Notes: generated by a model from the sequence alone, not told the origin. A DNA stretch of 64,000 bases from Gemmatimonas sp. (GCA_031414535.1 JANNVQ010000040.1:1-64000); one strand, 5' to 3'. Positions 19,568 to 29,533 are shown, counted from the stretch's first letter. A program made the numbers and translations.

Positions 19568-21604
19568 CTAGCGTGCAATTCCTAGTGGGCTGAACAGAGC
19601 GTATAAGGCCAACGTCAGCACCACGACCACGACGCCCGCGGTCCGCGCGCCGCGTGAGGGCTCTAACGAAATCTTCGTGGCTGAGGCGAAGCTCACCGGT
19701 TCGGCCATCGGCTTCACCAGCGTGAGCCCCAACATCACGAGAATGGAGACCGCGAAGCAGATTGCCATCCGGTTCAGGAACTGAATGTCCGGCGCCACGA
19801 CCTTAAGCAACGGATACGCGACGATGTTGGCCAGAAGACCAGCCACGCCGGAGATCCTCGGCGCCTTCTTCACGAGCAGGCCGAAGGCGAACACCGCCAG
19901 CACGCCGGGCGAGATGAAGCCTTGGCCTTCCTGAATGATTGTGAAGATGGAGTTAGAGATCGCAGGGTTCCCCAGCTGCGGGGCCAGCACAATGGCGATG
20001 ATGCCAAACACGAAGGTGGAGATGCGCCCCATCGACACGAGTTGCTTCTGCGTGGCGGCCGGGCGGAAGAGTCGCTGATAGAGGTCCATCGTGAAGATGG
20101 TAGAAGCGGCGTTCAACATGGCCGCAAGCGACGACACTACGGCCCCCAGCAGTGCCGCGATGATAAATCCAATCACGCCCACACCCTGCGGCAACACACC
20201 GCCCAGCAAGAGCGCGAGTGCGGTGTCGTACTTGTAGCCAATCACGGGGACGTTCGCAGTCGCGCGGCCGGCAGCCGACGCCGCACTTGCTTGCGTGGCA
20301 TTGAACGCTTGCATTTCTGCTGCGAGGCCGGGCGCCACGTGTTGGAACGCGAGGTCGTCGGACGTGAACACAGCGTGCGCGGGAGGCGTGGACTTCCGGT
20401 ATTCCTCGTTGGTCAGGTGCAGCACGAAGGGATTGCGCACTGCGACGGCCGCGCGCTTGGCCTCTTCCGTGCTGTGCACCGCCAGCACATAGCGCCCAGC
20501 AGGCCATTGCGCGAGCGAGACCGCTTCCGGGTTCTCGTGCATCTCCACGAACTGCGTGTTGGGATTTGCAAGACGATACTGCGCCATTGCGCTGGCGTTC
20601 GTGCTCCCGGCCTCGACCTGCATCTGCGCGGAATACAGGTTGAACGCAATTAAGCCCGGGATGACGATGCCAAGCGGGAGAACAAGCTTCATCACGGCTG
20701 CAAACACGATGCCGCGCTGCCCTTCGGCTAGCGAGGCTGAGCCTAAGGTGCGCTGCGTGATGTACTGATTGAGGCCCCAGTAATAGAGATTCGGAATCCA
20801 CAGGCCGAGCAGCAGAGCCGTCCAAGGCAGCACGCGATCGCTCGCGGGCAAAAACATATTGAGGCGATTCGCGTTGAGATCAAGGAAGCGCTCCATCGCG
20901 CCCGTGCCCTCAGCAAGCGGTACCGTCTCGATTGCGCCAGTCGCCACATCCACCACCCGTGCCGCCTCAGTCGCCGAGCCCAGCGCCATGAAGGCAAACC
21001 AAGTGATTAGCATACCCGCGACAATCAAGGCGCTACCTTGAATTAGGTCCGCCCACACTGCGGCCTTCAAACCGCCGATCGATACATAGAGCAGCGCGAC
21101 AATGCCAATCACCGCCGACGCGCGAAGCAGGTCCACTGAATAGCCCGCAAGTCCGGCAAGTGTCCCAATGGTGAGCGCACCGGAATATGTGACCGCGCCG
21201 AGCAAGAGCAGGTAGATGAACAGCGTGGTCGCAGCCATCAACGTCCGCGCAGAACTCGTAAAGCGCACCTCCAGAAACTCTGGCATCGTGTAGATGCCCG
21301 CCTTCAGGAAGTAGGGCAGAAAGGCAAAGGCCACGACGACGAGTGTGATGGCAGCCATCCATTCGTACGAGGCGATGGCGAGCCCCACGTGCGAAGCGGC
21401 GCTGCCGCTCATTCCCACGAACTGCTCCGTGGAGATGTTAGCGGCAATCAGCGAGAAGCCGATGAGCCACCACGGAAGGCCGCGGCCCGCAAGGAAGTAG
21501 TCCTGCCCGCTGTCTCCGGCGTTGCGGCTCCGGCTCAATCCCACGTAAAGGACGATGCCGACAAACACGAGGAAGATCAGGAGGTCGAGGGCGCCGAATG
21601 TCAT
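19568..21604 (-). CDS. Sodium:solute (sugar) symporter, vSGLT-like, with large loop insertion
   Basis: YFLAGRGLPWW, AANISTEQFVG, YYWGLNQYITQR, SSLAAMLN. Confidence 0.92.
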   Translation of the reverse strand: MTFGALDLLIFLVFVGIVLYVGLSRSRNAGDSGQDYFLAGRGLPWWLIGFSLIAANISTEQFVGMSGSAASHVGLAIASYEWMAAITLVVVAFAFLPYFLKAGIYTMPEFLEVRFTSSARTLMAATTLFIYLLLLGAVTYSGALTIGTLAGLAGYSVDLLRASAVIGIVALLYVSIGGLKAAVWADLIQGSALIVAGMLITWFAFMALGSATEAARVVDVATGAIETVPLAEGTGAMERFLDLNANRLNMFLPASDRVLPWTALLLGLWIPNLYYWGLNQYITQRTLGSASLAEGQRGIVFAAVMKLVLPLGIVIPGLIAFNLYSAQMQVEAGSTNASAMAQYRLANPNTQFVEMHENPEAVSLAQWPAGRYVLAVHSTEEAKRAAVAVRNPFVLHLTNEEYRKSTPPAHAVFTSDDLAFQHVAPGLAAEMQAFNATQASAASAAGRATANVPVIGYKYDTALALLLGGVLPQGVGVIGFIIAALLGAVVSSLAAMLNAASTIFTMDLYQRLFRPAATQKQLVSMGRISTFVFGIIAIVLAPQLGNPAISNSIFTIIQEGQGFISPGVLAVFAFGLLVKKAPRISGVAGLLANIVAYPLLKVVAPDIQFLNRMAICFAVSILVMLGLTLVKPMAEPVSFASATKISLEPSRGARTAGVVVVVLTLALYALFSPLGIAR

Positions 21605-21678
21605 CGCTGGGCTCGCGGGGGGAGTAGTAGTGTGGGGCCTGCCAGTAGAAACCCGCGCCGAAACCTACGGCAATTAGC

Positions 21679-23259
21679 CTAAAGGCGCGTGCTCAGGTCA
21701 ATCGCCACGGCCCGGTTGCTCAGCAAGCTGAGGGCGACCGTCCCGCCGGATACCACCAGCGCCGTCCCCACGCAGCCTCCGCCGAGCGCGCCGCCCGTGA
21801 TGAGATCGCAATAGGTCCCCGCGGGCAAAGTGGTTGGCACGGCCACATTCAACGTGCTGGTCTCACGGTTGATTGCTACGAACCCATCACTCCCACGCAT
21901 AAACGCAATCGCATTTGCGTCGTTATCCCACCACTGCGTGATCGGCAATCCCGCCATCCGCCGGCGGAAGCCAACCATCGCCCTGATGTGCGGGTCTCGG
22001 TGCTCGCAGACCCACTGTCCAGTCGTAGCGGTGGCCCAACTCGTGGCACAGGCCACGCGCGTCGTCCATCCTGCAGCATCGCGCGGCGGACCCTCACTAC
22101 GCTGGGCCGGGCAATCGAAGGCGAAACCCGAGAGCACGGACGGGTACCCGTATGGATGCGCGAGCATGAAGACGTTCGCCAAGCGGAACGCATCACCGTC
22201 CTTGTAGCCCATACCGCACTCGCGTTGCGTGTCGTGGTTCTGAAGAAACACCACAGCCTTGTCCGAAGGCAACATGTTCCACGCACTGGCGGAGAATTGT
22301 GCCCCTCCAGGACCGTTGGGATCAAGCTGGTGCAGCGACTGTCCGCCAAGCTTCGCGAACTTGTCCGCCACGCCCCGATACGTGAACTCCGTGATGTCGG
22401 AAGCACCACCAGACGAGTAGCCGACCCCGAGATAATCGCCCTGCCGTATGGCCTCACCGCTGCCGGCACTGATCTCGAGGAACACATACGGGATAGGCCT
22501 GCCCTCGGCCACCATCGTCGCGTTCAGCGTGTCAATGATGGCATCAAGGTCCACCTGTTGAATGTGCTTCGCGGCATCAATACGGAATCCCGCCACGCCT
22601 AAGCGTCCGAGTGCAATCAAGTAGTTGGAGAGCGTGCGCCGCACCTTGGGGCTCGCGGTGCGCAGGTCCGGCAGCGAGAACAACTCGCAGTCCTGCACCT
22701 GAGCGGCCACGCTGTAATCACTGATACCGCAGGGCACGTGGAAATCGGAAGCGTCGTAGATGCCCGGATAGCTGTACTTCGTGTAGCTCGTCCCCGCGCT
22801 GCCGACCCCAGGGCTGGGGAAGTTGGTCATGTGATTGATCACCGCGTCCACGTAGATGCCCACGCCCACGGCCTGACAGCGCTGCACCATCGCCACAAAC
22901 TCGGCCTCCGTACCCGAGCGACTGCGCGAGAGTGAGTACGTCACCGGTTGATAGCGCTGCGACCAATCCTGATTGGGCGTTCTACTATGCTCGTTGGGCG
23001 GCGAGACCTGCACGGCCTTGAAGCCGGCAGGTCCCAAGACGTTCTCGCACTCGTCGGCGATGTCGTCCCAGCGCCAATCGAAGAGATGTACGGCCGTAAA
23101 ACCAGCGGCACCGAGTCCCGTTGCCCGATAGTCTGTGGGCAAGGTCGGGCGCACCGTGGGCGGCGGGATGATGGGATCGGGCAACAAGGTGTCCTCCGTG
23201 CACCCGGACACAGCCAGAACCATTGCAAGGCACAACGAGAAGGGGCGAACGCGTCCCAA
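21679..23259 (-). CDS. Alpha-amylase GH13 (actinobacterial/animal-like type), probable lipoprotein
   Basis: HLFDW, VQVSPPNE, RYQPV, DAVINHM, GFRIDAAKH, FLQNHD, WVCEHR; LAVSGC lipobox. Confidence 0.92.
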   Translation of the reverse strand: MGRVRPFSLCLAMVLAVSGCTEDTLLPDPIIPPPTVRPTLPTDYRATGLGAAGFTAVHLFDWRWDDIADECENVLGPAGFKAVQVSPPNEHSRTPNQDWSQRYQPVTYSLSRSRSGTEAEFVAMVQRCQAVGVGIYVDAVINHMTNFPSPGVGSAGTSYTKYSYPGIYDASDFHVPCGISDYSVAAQVQDCELFSLPDLRTASPKVRRTLSNYLIALGRLGVAGFRIDAAKHIQQVDLDAIIDTLNATMVAEGRPIPYVFLEISAGSGEAIRQGDYLGVGYSSGGASDITEFTYRGVADKFAKLGGQSLHQLDPNGPGGAQFSASAWNMLPSDKAVVFLQNHDTQRECGMGYKDGDAFRLANVFMLAHPYGYPSVLSGFAFDCPAQRSEGPPRDAAGWTTRVACATSWATATTGQWVCEHRDPHIRAMVGFRRRMAGLPITQWWDNDANAIAFMRGSDGFVAINRETSTLNVAVPTTLPAGTYCDLITGGALGGGCVGTALVVSGGTVALSLLSNRAVAIDLSTRL

Positions 23260-23304
23260 GGCACGAACTCCGGCGTGGATGAGCTACCTAGGCACATTAC
23301 AGCG

Positions 23305-24795
23305 CTACGCGCGCCGCCGCGAGGACCTCGACCCATGCTTGCGCATCACCCGCTGTGCTTCCATCGCTGACGCCGACTGAACTCGCACCGCGTGCATGCG
23401 CTCCTTGGCCTCGCGGTACGCCGTCGCGTGATTAACGACGGGCAACGGGTAGTCGCGTCCCAGCTCCACTCCCGCCATCTGCAGCAAGAGCGATGGGGCC
23501 TCGTGCGGAGCGTGCAGGACATCCGTGGACAGGGCCGCGAGTTCAGGCACCCAACACCGCGTGAACTCACCCCGGGGGTCCTGCTCCATCCCCTGCTTGT
23601 ACGGATTGTAAATGCGAATAGTGTTGATGCCCGTGGTCCCCGACTGCATCTGAAACTGCGAGTAGTGAATGCCCGGCTCGTAGTCGAGGAAATGCGGAGC
23701 TAAGGCCACACTCGTGGCACGCCAATCCAGCCAGAGATGATACGACGCAAAACTGACCAGCATGGCGCGCATTCTGAAGTTGATCCAACCCTCGGCGCGC
23801 AAATACCTCATGCTCGCATCCACAAAGGGATACCCCGTACGCCCCTCAAGCCAAGCAGAGAGCCGATCCGGATCCGGCGCCTCGGGTCGTAGGCCGTCAT
23901 AGGCCCGGGCAAAGTTCTGGTATTCAATGGCCGGCTCATCCTCGAGCTTTTGAATGAAGTGATCGCGCCAGGCGAGTCGCGCGATAAAGCTCGTCACGGA
24001 TGCCTGCCAGCGCGGATCAGCACCCGGCGCAGACTGCAGCAGCTCACGCCTTCTTACCGCGGCCTGAAATGCTTGGCGCACGGAGATGGTACCCCACGCC
24101 AAATGGGCACTCAGGCGCGAACACGCTGTCGCGCCAGTCAACGGCGATGACATCGCCCGGCGGTAATCCACACCGCGTTCCTCCAAGAAGCTTTGCAGCG
24201 TCTCCTGTGCCGCACGTTCACCGCCCACCACACGGTGCTGCCGAGTGGCGTGACTGCGTACGCCGAGGGCGCTAGCGTCGAGGCGATTCCCACGCTCGAG
24301 CAAAGGTGGAGTCGCAGTTTGTCGCGGAGGAACAGCCACCGGCGCACGCATAAGGCTCTCGAATCGCTTCGCCCACGCGTCGCGGGTGTTCAAGCGGCGC
24401 ACTACTCCAGAGCCGGCGATCTCATGCATGTGCACACCCACGCGCTTAGCCCAGGCTCGCACACGGCGGTCTCGCGCGTAGCTCAGCGCATTGCCCGTCT
24501 CCTCGTGTGCCCACAGCGCGGCGAGTGGTAACTCTGCTCGCAGCCGGTCCAGCACATCCAGCATCTCACCCTGACGGTAGATGAGCGGAATCCCACGGCG
24601 CGCGAGCCGCTCCTCAAGTTCAGCCAGCGAGGAGTTGATGAATGAGAGATGCTGCGCGTCAAAATCCGGGGCCTGCACGATTGACGGTTCGTACACATAC
24701 AAAGCGAGCGTGGGCCCCGCACGCACGGCCGCGCGCAAGGGCGCGTGGTCGTGCGCACGGAGATCACGCTTGTACCACACAAGCTGTACGCTCAC
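23305..24795 (-). CDS. Photolyase/cryptochrome family flavoprotein
   Basis: VWYKRDLRAHDH, SRLSAHLAWG, GRTGYPFVDASMR, FLDYE. Confidence 0.92.
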   Translation of the reverse strand: MSVQLVWYKRDLRAHDHAPLRAAVRAGPTLALYVYEPSIVQAPDFDAQHLSFINSSLAELEERLARRGIPLIYRQGEMLDVLDRLRAELPLAALWAHEETGNALSYARDRRVRAWAKRVGVHMHEIAGSGVVRRLNTRDAWAKRFESLMRAPVAVPPRQTATPPLLERGNRLDASALGVRSHATRQHRVVGGERAAQETLQSFLEERGVDYRRAMSSPLTGATACSRLSAHLAWGTISVRQAFQAAVRRRELLQSAPGADPRWQASVTSFIARLAWRDHFIQKLEDEPAIEYQNFARAYDGLRPEAPDPDRLSAWLEGRTGYPFVDASMRYLRAEGWINFRMRAMLVSFASYHLWLDWRATSVALAPHFLDYEPGIHYSQFQMQSGTTGINTIRIYNPYKQGMEQDPRGEFTRCWVPELAALSTDVLHAPHEAPSLLLQMAGVELGRDYPLPVVNHATAYREAKERMHAVRVQSASAMEAQRVMRKHGSRSSRRRA

Positions 24796-24841
24796 GCGCT
24801 ACTCTCGCGAAGCTCGTACGCAAATCACTGACGCCAATCGC

Positions 24842-25771
24842 TTACGTGCTTGGGAACAGCCCTTCGATTGAGAGATAGCGCTCGCCCGTGTCGTAGCAGA
24901 ACGTGAGCACGCGGCTCCCAGCCTTCATCTCCGGAATCCTTTTGGCCACGGCCGCGAGCGAGGCGCCAGACGAAATCCCAATGAAGATTCCCTCCTCCTT
25001 GGCTGCACGCTGGGCGAACAGGAAGGCTTCTTCCTCCGTCACGGCAACCGTCCCGTCGATGGACGATTGATCGAGATTGGCCGGAATGAAGCCTGGGCTG
25101 ATGCCCTGAATCTTGTGCGGCGTGTGCGTACCACCCGCGATGACCGCAGACTTGGCCGCCTCTACCGCAAAGGTCTTCACGTTGGGCATCGTCTTCTTCA
25201 ACACGTGGCTGACGCCAGTGAGGTGACCGCCCGTGCCCACACCCGTGATTACGTAATCCAGACCCTCGGGAAAGTCGGCGACAATCTCCGCCGCGGTCGT
25301 CGTCTCGTGAATGGCCGGATTGGCCGGATTTTCAAACTGCTGCGGCACCCAGGCGTTGCCAATCTCCGCCTTGATCTCCATGGCCTTCGCAATCGAACCC
25401 TTGATGCCCACCTCGCGCGGTGTCAGCACGAGCTCGGCGCCATACGCCGTCATAATCCGCCGGCGCTCGACGCTCATGGACTCAGGCATCACGAGAATGA
25501 GTCGGTAGCCCTTGGCGGCCGCGGTGAGCGCCAGGCCGATGCCCGTGTTGCCAGACGTTGGCTCTACGATGGTCATGCCGGGCTTCAGTGTTCCGCTTCG
25601 CTCGGCGTCCTCAATCATCGCTTTCCCGATTCGGTCTTTGATGCTACCGCCGGGGTTGGCGCGTTCAAGTTTCATCCAGACTTCCACCGTGGGTGCGAGG
25701 TCTGCATACAGGCGGTTCAGCCGCACGTGCGGCGTGTTACCGATGGTCTCGAGAATGTTGTCGTATCGCAT
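24842..25771 (-). CDS. cysK: Cysteine synthase A
   Basis: [12 protein letters not shown] lysine, [31 protein letters not shown]. Confidence 0.95.
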   Translation of the reverse strand: MRYDNILETIGNTPHVRLNRLYADLAPTVEVWMKLERANPGGSIKDRIGKAMIEDAERSGTLKPGMTIVEPTSGNTGIGLALTAAAKGYRLILVMPESMSVERRRIMTAYGAELVLTPREVGIKGSIAKAMEIKAEIGNAWVPQQFENPANPAIHETTTAAEIVADFPEGLDYVITGVGTGGHLTGVSHVLKKTMPNVKTFAVEAAKSAVIAGGTHTPHKIQGISPGFIPANLDQSSIDGTVAVTEEEAFLFAQRAAKEEGIFIGISSGASLAAVAKRIPEMKAGSRVLTFCYDTGERYLSIEGLFPST

Positions 25772-25832
25772 GTCGAATCAATCCAGAAGAATGGGTTTGA
25801 GTGCCGTCTTACCTCAAAGACCCTGTCCACCG

Positions 25833-25862
25833 TTGACAGAGGCCCGCTTACCAGAGTAGCAT
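25833..25862 (+). promoter_or_regulatory. Sigma70-type promoter for the phhA leader
   Basis: TTGACA (25833-38), 18 nt, TAGCAT (25857-62). Confidence 0.7.
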
Positions 25863-25871
25863 GCAAGCACG

Positions 25872-25958
25872 ATGCAAAGGAACTGCCTCCGCCCCGCCCC
25901 CTACTATTACTACGCGCCCCGGATCCCGGGACGTGGTGGCCGAGCTTTGCGAGACTAA
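25872..25958 (+). CDS. Putative Tyr-rich attenuator leader peptide MQRNCLRPAPYYYYAPRIPGRGGRALRD
   Basis: ATG 25872, TAC TAT TAC TAC at 25902-25913, TAA 25956-58; lies between promoter and terminator upstream of phhA. Confidence 0.8.
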   Translation: MQRNCLRPAPYYYYAPRIPGRGGRALRD

Positions 25959-25981
25959 GCGCAAGAATTGCTCAACCCCCT

Positions 25982-26015
25982 GCGACCCGTGGAGCTCTCC
26001 ACGGGTCGCTTTTTT
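25982..26015 (+). terminator. Intrinsic terminator (attenuator) 5' of phhA
   Basis: Perfect 12-bp stem GCGACCCGTGGA-GCTC-TCCACGGGTCGC followed by TTTTTT. Confidence 0.9.
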
Positions 26016-26040
26016 GTGTTCACTACTTTCGAGGTCAAGT

Positions 26041-26826
26041 ATGTCGCAGGCCCACGCGCACCACCATCACCATCATCTCCATGACGACGTATCGCCCGTA
26101 GAGGCGGAGCTTCCGGCATTCCGTGCGCAGGACTACTCGCGCTACACTGAGGAGTCGCACGAGGTGTGGTCCCTACTCTTTAGCCGACGCATCAGGGCCC
26201 TCGAGCAGACGGCGAGCCAGGTCTTCCTTGAGGGAATGGAGCGCATTGGCCTTGCTCCCGACCGTGCACCGGACCTCGCCGATGTAAACCGCCGTCTCGA
26301 CGCGTCCACAGGCTGGAACGCCGTCGGCGTGGATGGCTTCATCCCCGCTGCACAGTTCTTTCGCTGCCTCTCCCGCCGCCGCTTTCCCACCACGCTGGGC
26401 GTACGCCCGCGGGCCCAACTCGACTACCTCCCTGAGCCCGACATCTTCCACGACGTGTTTGGCCACGTGCCGCTGCACGCCGACCCCATCTTTGCGGACT
26501 TTCTGCAGCGCTTTGGTGCGCTCGCGGCTGGTGCGCGCACAGAACTGGAAACAGCGCAGATGGCGCGCCTCTTCTGGTTCACGGTGGAGTTCGGCCTCAT
26601 TCGCGAGAGGAACGAAGTGCGCATTTACGGCAGCGGGCTCATCTCGTCGCACGGAGACGCCGCCAACGCACTCAGCGACCGCTGCGAACGCTTACCGTTC
26701 AAGCTCGATGACGTAATCGCGCAGGACTTTGCGATTGATGACCTGCAGCCGCGACTCTTCGTGGTGGAATCGTTCGACCAACTGTTTGAAGCAGTAGAAA
26801 CGCTGGGGGCGAAACGGGCAGCCTAA
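26041..26826 (+). CDS. phhA: Phenylalanine 4-monooxygenase (pterin-dependent)
   Basis: DYLPEPDIFHDVFGHVP and WFTVEFGL (2-His-1-Glu Fe site), YGSGLISS; GAGGT RBS at 26031. Confidence 0.92.
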   Translation: MSQAHAHHHHHHLHDDVSPVEAELPAFRAQDYSRYTEESHEVWSLLFSRRIRALEQTASQVFLEGMERIGLAPDRAPDLADVNRRLDASTGWNAVGVDGFIPAAQFFRCLSRRRFPTTLGVRPRAQLDYLPEPDIFHDVFGHVPLHADPIFADFLQRFGALAAGARTELETAQMARLFWFTVEFGLIRERNEVRIYGSGLISSHGDAANALSDRCERLPFKLDDVIAQDFAIDDLQPRLFVVESFDQLFEAVETLGAKRAA

Positions 26827-26842
26827 GCCACTTGCGCGAGCT

Positions 26843-28162
26843 TCACGTGCCGGGGCGCCGTTCCACGAGCGCCTCGCGCACGCCTCGTCCGCGCAGCGTG
26901 AGCACTTCGATGCGCGCTTCCTCATACTCCACCACATCGCCCACCTTGGGCGGCCGGCCAAGAATCGCGAGCACCAAGCCGCTCACCGACTCCACGTCGG
27001 GGTGCTCGATGTAAGCGCCAATGGCCTCAGCGGCGTCGGAGATTCGTACCGTACCCGCCACGACCAGTTTGCCATCGCCGCGCGGACGAATCTCCGCCGT
27101 GGCAGACGCGTTTTCCGTGAGCTCACCCACGACCTCTTCAATCAAGTCCTCGAGCGTGATGATGCCGGCGGTGCCGCCGTGCTCATCCATCACCACCACA
27201 AGTTGCGAGCGCTGCGCACGCATAGCGGCCAACACTTGATCGGCCGTGGTGCTCTCAGGCACGAAAGGCACCGGGCGAATCTGCAGTGAACTAATCTTGG
27301 CCCCAAGCGCCAAGCCACCGAGCAGATCCTTCACGTGCAGCATGCCGACGATGTTGTCGGGATCGCCGTCCATCACGGGGTAGCGCGAGTGCGGCGAGTC
27401 CTTCAGGATGGCATCCACTTCGGCAGCACCATCGTGCACATCAAGGCCCACGAGCTTCACGCGTGGCACCATCACCTGCGCCGCTGTGAGATCGCCAAAC
27501 TCGAGCAGTTCCTGCACCACGTTCGCGGACTGCTTCTTGAGCAAGCCGCCCGCCGAGCTCTCACGCACGATGTAGGCGAGTTCGTCTGGCGTGCGCACCG
27601 ACTCCGAGTTGGATTCCTGACGCCGTACGCCGAACAGGGCCAAGGTGGCGTTGCCAATGCCATTGAGTCCCACCACAAAGGGGAACAAGGCCAACTGAAC
27701 CACGCGCATGAACGGCGCAATCCACAGAATCGCGCGATCTGCCTTGGCCAAAGCGATGCTCTTGGGCACCATCTCGCCAATCACGATGTGCAGGTAGGTC
27801 AGCACCGCGATGGCCAGCACGGAACCCAGCGTGTGGGCCGCCACCCAACGGCCAGCACCTAGCGCATCGAGCTTCACCGCCAGCCATTCAGCGAGCAGAT
27901 GCTCACCGTACATGCCAAGCCCCAACGAGGCCAGCGTGATGCCCAGCTGTGCCGTGGCAATAAAGCGATCCACCTCACGCGGATCATTCATCACGCGACG
28001 CACGAGCCGCGCCGCACTGTTGCCCGCATTGGCGAGACGATCAATCGTCGCCTTAGGCGCGCCGACGATGGCGAATTCCGCCGCCACGAAGAGCGCGTTG
28101 GCCAGCACGAGGCCAATGACAATCAACGTAGGTGTAAGCGCGGCCGTGAATGACTCAGTCAT
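26843..28162 (-). CDS. HlyC/CorC family (CNNM-CBS-CorC) membrane protein
   Basis: FVAAEFA, QLGIT, GEMVPK, VMVPR, DEHGGTAGIITLEDL. Confidence 0.92.
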   Translation of the reverse strand: MTESFTAALTPTLIVIGLVLANALFVAAEFAIVGAPKATIDRLANAGNSAARLVRRVMNDPREVDRFIATAQLGITLASLGLGMYGEHLLAEWLAVKLDALGAGRWVAAHTLGSVLAIAVLTYLHIVIGEMVPKSIALAKADRAILWIAPFMRVVQLALFPFVVGLNGIGNATLALFGVRRQESNSESVRTPDELAYIVRESSAGGLLKKQSANVVQELLEFGDLTAAQVMVPRVKLVGLDVHDGAAEVDAILKDSPHSRYPVMDGDPDNIVGMLHVKDLLGGLALGAKISSLQIRPVPFVPESTTADQVLAAMRAQRSQLVVVMDEHGGTAGIITLEDLIEEVVGELTENASATAEIRPRGDGKLVVAGTVRISDAAEAIGAYIEHPDVESVSGLVLAILGRPPKVGDVVEYEEARIEVLTLRGRGVREALVERRPGT

Positions 28163-29471
28163 CGCCGCCCTCCGCCGGGCGCGGCTTCACGAGCAAGCTC
28201 TCCACTGCACGTCCCCTGAGCTTCTCCACTTCTACCATCGCGCCATCGATGTTGAGCGTGTCGCCCACCACGGGGAGGCGGCCTAACCGCTCCATCACCA
28301 AACCGCCCACCGTGTACGCATCGGCTTCCCAGTGCACACCCACCCAAGGCGTGGCCTCGTCCAAACGCAGGCCACCGGGCAGGCGCACGCGGCCGTCAGC
28401 CTGGCGCTGCACGCTCGACTCCTTGGGCTTGAACTCATCGCCGGTCTCGCCGAGCAGTTCGTCGAGCAAGTCGCCCACGGTGATGAGGCCCGCGGTGCCC
28501 CCGAATTCATCCGCGACGATGGCCAGCGCCTTGCGCTCGCTGCGCAGGCGCTCGAGCAAGCGGTCCACGGTCATCGTCTCGGGCACCACGAGCACGGGCG
28601 TGAGCACATCGCGCAGCGATTCCGGCGCCCCCGCGCCGGCCATCAGCGGACGCACCACGTCACGCACGTGCAGCACGCCAATGACGTGGTCGAGCGTGTC
28701 TTCATACACGGGCAAGCGCGAGTACGGCGTGCGGCGCAAGAGCTCCACCACCTCAGGCCAAGGCGTGCCTTCGCGCACGCCCACGACGCGCGTGCGCGGA
28801 ATCATCAACTCGCCCACGCTCCGCATCCCCAAGCGCAGGGCCTCGCGCAAACGCTGTGATTCCGTAGGGTCCAACTGGCCGCCCGCTCGACTCTCGGCGA
28901 TCAGATACTCGATTTCTGTGGGCGAGTGAATGTGTGCGTGGCCGTGGGCCGGCATGCGCAGTAGCCGCAGGATGGCGGCGCCGTTGCCGTTTAGAAACGA
29001 GATGGGCCACTTCAAGAAGCGCAGCGACACCACCAACGGCAGCACGGTGTAGCGTGCCGTGGCCGTTGGGAACTGTAGGGCGAGCGACTTGGGCACGAGT
29101 TCGCCGAGCACCATCATCAGAATGGTGATGACCACGAGCACCACAATGGCCGCCACGCTCTGCGCAGTGTCTATCTGCATGCCCGCCCAGCGAGCGAGCA
29201 TCGGTGCGAGGTCTACGGCCACCGTGGCCTGCGCGTAGGCGCCAAGGCCAAGCGAGGCCAGCGTGATGCCCACCTGGCAGGCCGCGATGTACCGATCCAG
29301 CGCCACGCCATCGTTGACGATGGCGAGCATCCGGGCCGCGAGACGGTCGCCTTCCTCGGCCATCTGCTGCAAACGGCTACGGCGCACGCTCACCGCCGCG
29401 AACTCGGCAGCGACGTAGAGCGCTGTAACAAGGATCAGTGCGACGATGACCGTCGCGGAGATCGGACTCAT
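28155..29471 (-). CDS. HlyC/CorC family membrane protein (tandem paralog)
   Basis: YVAAEFA, QVGIT, GELVPK, YSRLPV, DEFGGTAG; start 29471 because the longer ORF runs into the tRNA. Confidence 0.9.
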   Translation of the reverse strand: MSPISATVIVALILVTALYVAAEFAAVSVRRSRLQQMAEEGDRLAARMLAIVNDGVALDRYIAACQVGITLASLGLGAYAQATVAVDLAPMLARWAGMQIDTAQSVAAIVVLVVITILMMVLGELVPKSLALQFPTATARYTVLPLVVSLRFLKWPISFLNGNGAAILRLLRMPAHGHAHIHSPTEIEYLIAESRAGGQLDPTESQRLREALRLGMRSVGELMIPRTRVVGVREGTPWPEVVELLRRTPYSRLPVYEDTLDHVIGVLHVRDVVRPLMAGAGAPESLRDVLTPVLVVPETMTVDRLLERLRSERKALAIVADEFGGTAGLITVGDLLDELLGETGDEFKPKESSVQRQADGRVRLPGGLRLDEATPWVGVHWEADAYTVGGLVMERLGRLPVVGDTLNIDGAMVEVEKLRGRAVESLLVKPRPAEGGDD

Positions 29472-29533
29472 ACCGGAGGGAAATGAGAAGGTCCCTTGGC
29501 CGCCGGCCAGAGGGACCCAATCAGGAACAGCAG

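Noticed and set aside
25901..25940. Alternative frame giving LLLL...WW (Leu/Trp leader)
   Set aside because: No ATG after the promoter and no stop before the terminator in that frame; only the Tyr frame is a complete short ORF
25861..26040. Track ORF extending PhhA 60 aa upstream
   Set aside because: That ATG overlaps the -10 box and the frame crosses a terminator; an RBS supports 26041
26843..29471. Tandem HlyC/CorC paralogues
   Set aside because: Common arrangement
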